The notes under the pieces were generated by a model. The model searched no databases. It was not told where the DNA came from and was given only the letters and a program-made list of their open reading frames with translations. The position numbers were made by a program, and so were the translations under genes. Below are positions 36,589 through 64,000 of a stretch of DNA of 64,000 nt, piece after piece (the stretch's first letter is position 1; each line of letters begins with the position of its first letter). Origin of the DNA: Chrysomallon squamiferum (Eukaryota > Animalia > Mollusca); the NCBI GenBank assembly GCA_012295275.1, contig CM022677.1, positions 23,684,001 to 23,748,000 on the forward strand. The letters run 5' to 3'.

Positions 36589-37008
36589 TGATGATGATGA
36601 TGAATAAATAATAAAAATTAGACTTATTTAAATAAAAGTAATATTTCGTTTTAATGTTGAAAAAAATTAATATAAGAATCCCGAAATCATCTCTAAAAAC
36701 AGATGCGTTAAATGAACGAAAATCTTTTATAATAAAATTTGTTCTTATTTTCAGTTAAGAAATGTAAATTTGAAAGAATTATATAAATATAATAGAAATT
36801 TATCAATTAACATATAAAAACTTGATGTGTAAACATAAATTTCAAAGACATTTCAATTAGATCAGAGTTAAGAAAAACAAAAAACAATGTATCAACAATA
36901 GAATTCAATATGGATCGTGTGTGTGTATGTGTGTGTGTGTGTGTGTGGGTGTGGGTGTGTCTAAATCGGCTTTTAATTATCTTTCATACTCCGATTAACT
37001 TTTTTCCG

Positions 37009-37041
<33 letters not shown>

Positions 37042-37251
37042 TTTATTTTATTTTATTTTTTTTATCCCACCGAAAATATTAAGGTAGTTAAAAAAAAACA
37101 AAAAAAAACTGTAACTGAAAAAAACTAAAATAATAATAGTAAATAAACGGAAAAAAGACTTTAAATATATCAAAAATGTAAAATTAAAATAATTTATTTA
37201 ATACTTCATCAGATTATTTCTTTTTCTACTATATTTATATCTATTCTTTCG

Positions 37252-58972
<21,721 letters not shown>

Positions 58973-59577
58973 TTATTCAGTTTTTTATGACTGTTAGTTC
59001 AGCAGTTGTTAAAAACTACTGCAACTGTCGTCTGCAGTTACAGGATGAATGATGAGGCTCAAAATGCGGTATAACTAGTTCAACGGAATATTAATACTTC
59101 TGTTTACAAATTTTTAAAATAATTGTAATAAAATGTTTAGGAATGAATATCTTCTTTTTAATCATTACTATTTTATCATTTTATTACCTGGTTTTTGTTA
59201 TTATTAATATTCGTTATGTTATTTAATAATCGCATTTTAGCTTATATCTTCGAAGCGCAGATAACTCCATTTGATAGTCTATAAACAATTCCGTAAAATT
59301 AATATTTATATTCATAAATATTTTTTTGTTTAAAAATACATGCAAATAATTATAATTAAAGTATCGAACAACATTTTTCATTATAAATAGAAAAAAAGAA
59401 AAGACAAAATCGTTATAAAAATTGAGAAGAGGTGGCCGAACGCATGGTACGCTCTTTCCAGGCATTAAACGACTTATTATTGTATTTTTATTTGTATTAT
59501 TTATTTATTTATTTATTTTATTTCTAGGTTTTTTCTTTATTTTTATTTATTTTTGTTTTGTTATTTTTATTTGTATT

Positions 59578-59609
<32 letters not shown>

Positions 59610-59947
59610 TTTTATTTTCTTTTTTTTTTTTTTTTTCCTTTTATTTTATTTATTTATTTTTTTTATTATTATTATTTTTTAAATTATAGTTTTTATTTTT
59701 TTATTCATTTTTTTTTTTTTTTTTTAAATCCTTTTATTTTATTTTTTATTTGTTTTATTATTATTTTATTATTTTTAAACTTTTATTTTTTATTCTTTTT
59801 TTTTTTTTTTAGTGGGATTGAATAATTTGTATCTTCTGAATAAATATGGATAATGTACAATTAAAAATTATCAGTGCGTGATCCTGTATGTTTTCTCTTT
59901 CTATTTGTATTTATTTATTTGTTATTATTATAATTATGATTATTATT

Positions 59948-59991
<44 letters not shown>

Positions 59992-60134
59992 CATGTATAC
60001 ATTTCGTATGAAAAGTTTAAGATGAGTTCCAGGTAACTATTGATCCGTTATAAATTATAATTGCAATTATTTTGCTAATAGCAATTTGATAAAATTTGAT
60101 AAATTTTATTTATTTTATTTATTATTATTATTAT

Positions 60135-60187
<53 letters not shown>

Positions 60188-60331
60188 TGTTTTGCTTTTT
60201 GTTGTGTTTTTTGGGGGGTTGTTGGTTTGTTTTGTTGTTCTTTTTTGTTTTTGTTGCTAATTTTTTTGTTGATGCTTTGCTTTATTCTGTATAAAAAAAT
60301 AAATCAGTTTAACATGGAAATTATATAAACG

Positions 60332-60363
60332 TGACGTCATGTATTTGAAGCCCAATGACGTCA
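60332..60363. promoter_or_regulatory. Two perfect CRE palindromes (TGACGTCA) upstream of gene 4
   Basis: TGACGTCA at 60332-60339 and 60356-60363, in the interval between divergent genes 3 and 4. Confidence 0.55.
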
Positions 60364-60606
60364 AACAGTAAAATCACTCGGGAAGGTTACTTTGTAGAGA
60401 AATCATAGATTCTCATCTTGATGGACATCATTTACCACATATGACTAATCAAATTCCTTGTCTCTGTAATTAAAAAAATCAGTCATTTTAATAATTTATA
60501 ATCTGGTTTCTTCTCTTTATTTTTGTTTAAAGGTCAGCCCATCTTCATTGTTACCGAACACGCTAACATCAGGTTGAACTAGGTTGTTGTCAAGATCGTC
60601 AAATAC

Positions 60607-62149
60607 ATGAACAGGTGAAGAAAGTTAAATATATAATTATCGTGGGAAATCTCATAAAATGGTGTAATGAGACGATAGGTATTTATTTATTATTGTTGTT
60701 GCTTGGTTGTTTTTATTTTAATTTTATTTTTTTCTTAGTTCATTTCTGGTTCATTTCAGAGTGTTTTTTATTTTATTTTTATTAATTTGTTTTATTTTTT
60801 ATTAGTATTATTATTTCATTGATTCGTATAAACATAATTTACAAAATATACTTTTAATATTTATAGAAAACATTAACAATAAATAACTATTCGATTTTCA
60901 ATTGTTTTGAATGAAATCTTGCAGACAGTATTTCTCATATTTTAAATTACATTACTATTGAGCTAAACATATAGATGATTCATTCAGAATGATATCGTGT
61001 TATCTAAGATGACTTGTTATCTTACAGCAACAATAACGTGAAAATAATGCTGAATATTCACGTTTTCAGATGCTTGAATTAGATGATGATAACATATATG
61101 TATAATAATAATGTGTATAATTATGTTTCATATATATTATGATTTACATTTGTTTTAGTTACTTACTTACTTATTTTGCATATATCATTTATAAATTCAG
61201 GTAAACAGTGATAACAGATAATGGAAAACATTCGATATTTCTTACTATTCTTCAGATACCTGCTAGTCCCAGGTTTGTACATTTTCAATGTCTCAACGTA
61301 ATAAAAAAAAATTATTCACACCAAATTTAAGCATCAGCTAAAACAGCTAAAACTCAGGCCTAAAAAACCCAAAATGAAGATAAAATGAAATTCAGAATAA
61401 ACATTTTGCCAGATAAGACACCATTTTATTTTTAACAAGGTGCCTCTAACCTTTACATAATGCAGGCCAAATTTAAATACTACACTGACCCAGACACTTA
61501 TAACCACTTATCATAATCTTCTGTTGAATATTTATCATCTTCTTCACTTACATTTCTATACTCAGATTATATACTGCATTATCATTATCATCATAATCAT
61601 CATTATCATCATCATTTCTATTCCAGCTAATGAAACCACTAACATTTCTGGTACAGTACACATTACAATCATAATCGTTATCTTTATCATCTACGTTATT
61701 ATTGTTGTTGTTGTTGTTATTATTATTGTTGTTGTTGTTGTTAATGTTGTTGTTGTTGTTGTTATCCTTATAATCAGATAAAAACCAAAATTAAGAAAAC
61801 ATGAAATTCAGAATAAACATTTTGGCAGATAAGACACAATTTTATTTTTAACAACATAATGGTTTAAATACGACACTAACTAACCATTATCATAATCTTC
61901 TGTTCAATATTTATCATCTTCTTCAGTTAATCTATCATCTTCTTCACTTACAAATTTCTATACTGCATAAATACATCACACATATAATCATCACATTATC
62001 ATTATTTCTATTCCAGCTAATCAAAACCAGTAATATTTCAGGAAGATTCCATTAATAATTGTCTTCTGTTTGAATATTTATCATCTTCATCATCATTACA
62101 ACATCTATCATCTTCTTCATAGCTTTACATTTCTATACTCAAATTCTAT

Positions 62150-62193
<44 letters not shown>

Positions 62194-62530
62194 TTTGAGA
62201 AAGACAGAGTTAAAGAGACAGAAAAGAGACAGACAGAGTCAGGAATTCATTGTTACAGTAATGATGATGTATATATAGACATATTTCAGTGGACATCTTG
62301 GACTTTAATAGCTGAAGATTGCCCTGTGACGTGTGGAGAAGGAACTGTTATTGCAGATCACTTCAGAGAGTGTGTCAACACTCAAACCAACGTTACTAGT
62401 TTGACAGGCTGTCCGGGAAAGGCAGAAAAGTATGAAACCGAGAAATGTGAAACGAACATTACTTGTTCTGGTAATAACTGTTTTCTGCATTAATCCTTTG
62501 ACATTTCAAGTTAATTAAATAAATAATTGA

Positions 62531-62608
<78 letters not shown>

Positions 62609-62636
62609 GGAGAGAGAGAGAGGGGAGAGAGAGAGG

Positions 62637-62735
<99 letters not shown>

Positions 62736-63457
62736 CCTGACCCAGTAATAATAACAATAAATTAAGGTAAGTCTGTGTTGTATTTCACTGATAGTTAACG
62801 GCGGATGGGGTTCTTGGGCCGTTCACCGCGGAGACTGCTCCGTCACCTGTGGGGAGGGGATGTACAAAATGCTGTTCGTACGAGACTGTAACAATCCAAA
62901 ACCAAAGCTGGGAGGCAAATTTTGCGATGGCCTGTTCTACAAGTCAGCAATACATGCTTGTATAAAGGACTGTTCTGGTAAAACTCACTGAATTAAATAA
63001 ATTAATGTATAAGAAATGAGTGATTGAATCAGTGGATTTATGGCTGAATGTTTGGATGAATTATATGGAAAGAACAAATGGATGGATGGATGGATGGAGT
63101 GGATGAATATGTCGATGTAAATAATGAATTTCTGAGTTCATGCATGGAGGGATGAAAGTAACGTTTAAATCTACGAATGAACAGGTAATAATTAAACCAC
63201 TGACTAATTGACTGACCTGATATATTGGTTGAATTAATGAGTAATTTAATGGATCGATCAATTACAATGGCTTCAGTTTACAAGTGAATGAATGGATGGA
63301 TAATCACACTTCTTGAATTAATGAGTAAACGAATGGAAGGGTGGATACGTAATGAAGTAACGAGTGAAAACGTGACAAATGTGTGAAGATTTATCGAAAC
63401 ATTTTAATATTAACCTTTATTAAGAAAAATCACTACAGTCAGTCTAACAAGCGATCT

Positions 63458-63500
<43 letters not shown>

Positions 63501-63809
63501 CATACGTACACACACGCACTATCGCGAACTGTATACATACATACATACAGACACAAGCACATACAAACATACATATATATATATATATATATTTATTTTT
63601 GTTTTATTTTTTATTTTTTTGAGTCGATGGAATTTGGGGTGGATGGACAATACAAACAGGGAAGTGCAATGTTTCGTGTGGACTCGGTGTGATGAATGCG
63701 ACCATCACTCGGAAATGTGACAACCCGCCACCAGTGTTCCGTGGAAAGTACTGCGTGGGAATCCAGTCCAAAACTGAAACTGTCATATGCAACAGAACAT
63801 GTAAAATTA
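60607..63809 (+). CDS. Gene 4: TSR-repeat gene, 5' part only, divergent from gene 3; continues beyond the window
   Basis: Candidate ATG AAC AG/GTGAAG (60607-60614), exon 61256-61297 (or -61272), micro-exon 61627-61650, TSR exons 62279-62470, 62795-62977, 63624-63809. None appear in the ORF track. Confidence 0.8.
61627..61650 (+). CDS. Gene 4 putative 24-nt micro-exon (ANETTNIS)
   Basis: ttctattccag/GTACAG; a second, damaged copy (25 nt, donor GA) at 62017-62041. Confidence 0.5.
62279..62470 (+). CDS. Gene 4 TSR exon, G-type
   Basis: 192 nt (or from 62259); [63 protein letters not shown]. Confidence 0.88.
62535..62733. repeat. (GA)n microsatellite; representative of dozens of (AG)n, (AAT)n, (AT)n, (AC)n, (TAG)n and (TAGA)n tracts in the window
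   Basis: Directly visible; other long tracts at 5258-5327, 12600-12715, 12934-13030, 43349-43430, 43534-43628, 56250-56370. Confidence 0.95.
62795..62977 (+). CDS. Gene 4 TSR exon containing RGD
   Basis: 183 nt, tag/GTAAAA; [60 protein letters not shown]. Confidence 0.9.
63624..63809 (+). CDS. Gene 4 TSR exon
   Basis: 186 nt, tttgag/GTAAGA; [61 protein letters not shown]. Confidence 0.88.
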
Positions 63810-63937
63810 GTAAGAATGTTAGATGTGTATAATTCTGGTATACGTAGATAGATAGATACATAGATATATACATAGATATATAAATAGATAGATAGATAGA
63901 CAAATAGGTAGACACATAGGTAGATAGATAAACAGAC

Positions 63938-64000
<63 letters not shown>

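Overview
AT-rich, microsatellite-laden, intron-containing animal DNA (invertebrate-like; taxon cannot be fixed from sequence alone). No prokaryotic features, RNA genes or CRISPR arrays. The window is a cluster of four paralogous multi-exon genes for thrombospondin type-1 repeat (TSR) proteins, which I rebuilt by hand from GT-AG boundaries. Gene 1 (minus, ~8.5 kb to the window start) has 6 intact TSR exons followed by a stop-containing exon. Gene 2 (minus, ~34.1-12.1 kb) and gene 3 (minus, ~59.0-37.25 kb) are each predicted ~1,220-aa type-I membrane proteins with 18 TSRs, a micro-exon stalk, a TM exon and a 40-aa tail carrying a YDN(F/P)V motif. Gene 4 (plus, ~60.6 kb to the window end) lies head-to-head with gene 3. 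Each TSR is one phase-1/phase-1 exon, and 16 of the 18 form four copies of a four-domain super-repeat (subtypes I label D-A-B-C). The cluster also shows patchy near-identity between paralogs, an inverted copy of gene 4's 5' exons inside gene 2, copy-variable 24-nt micro-exons encoding N-glycosylation sequons, a conserved GATA/RUNX/FOX-like upstream module, three 1-bp frameshifts (possibly assembly errors), MITEs, LINE remnants and minisatellites. The 5' ends (start codons, signal peptides) could not be resolved with confidence.
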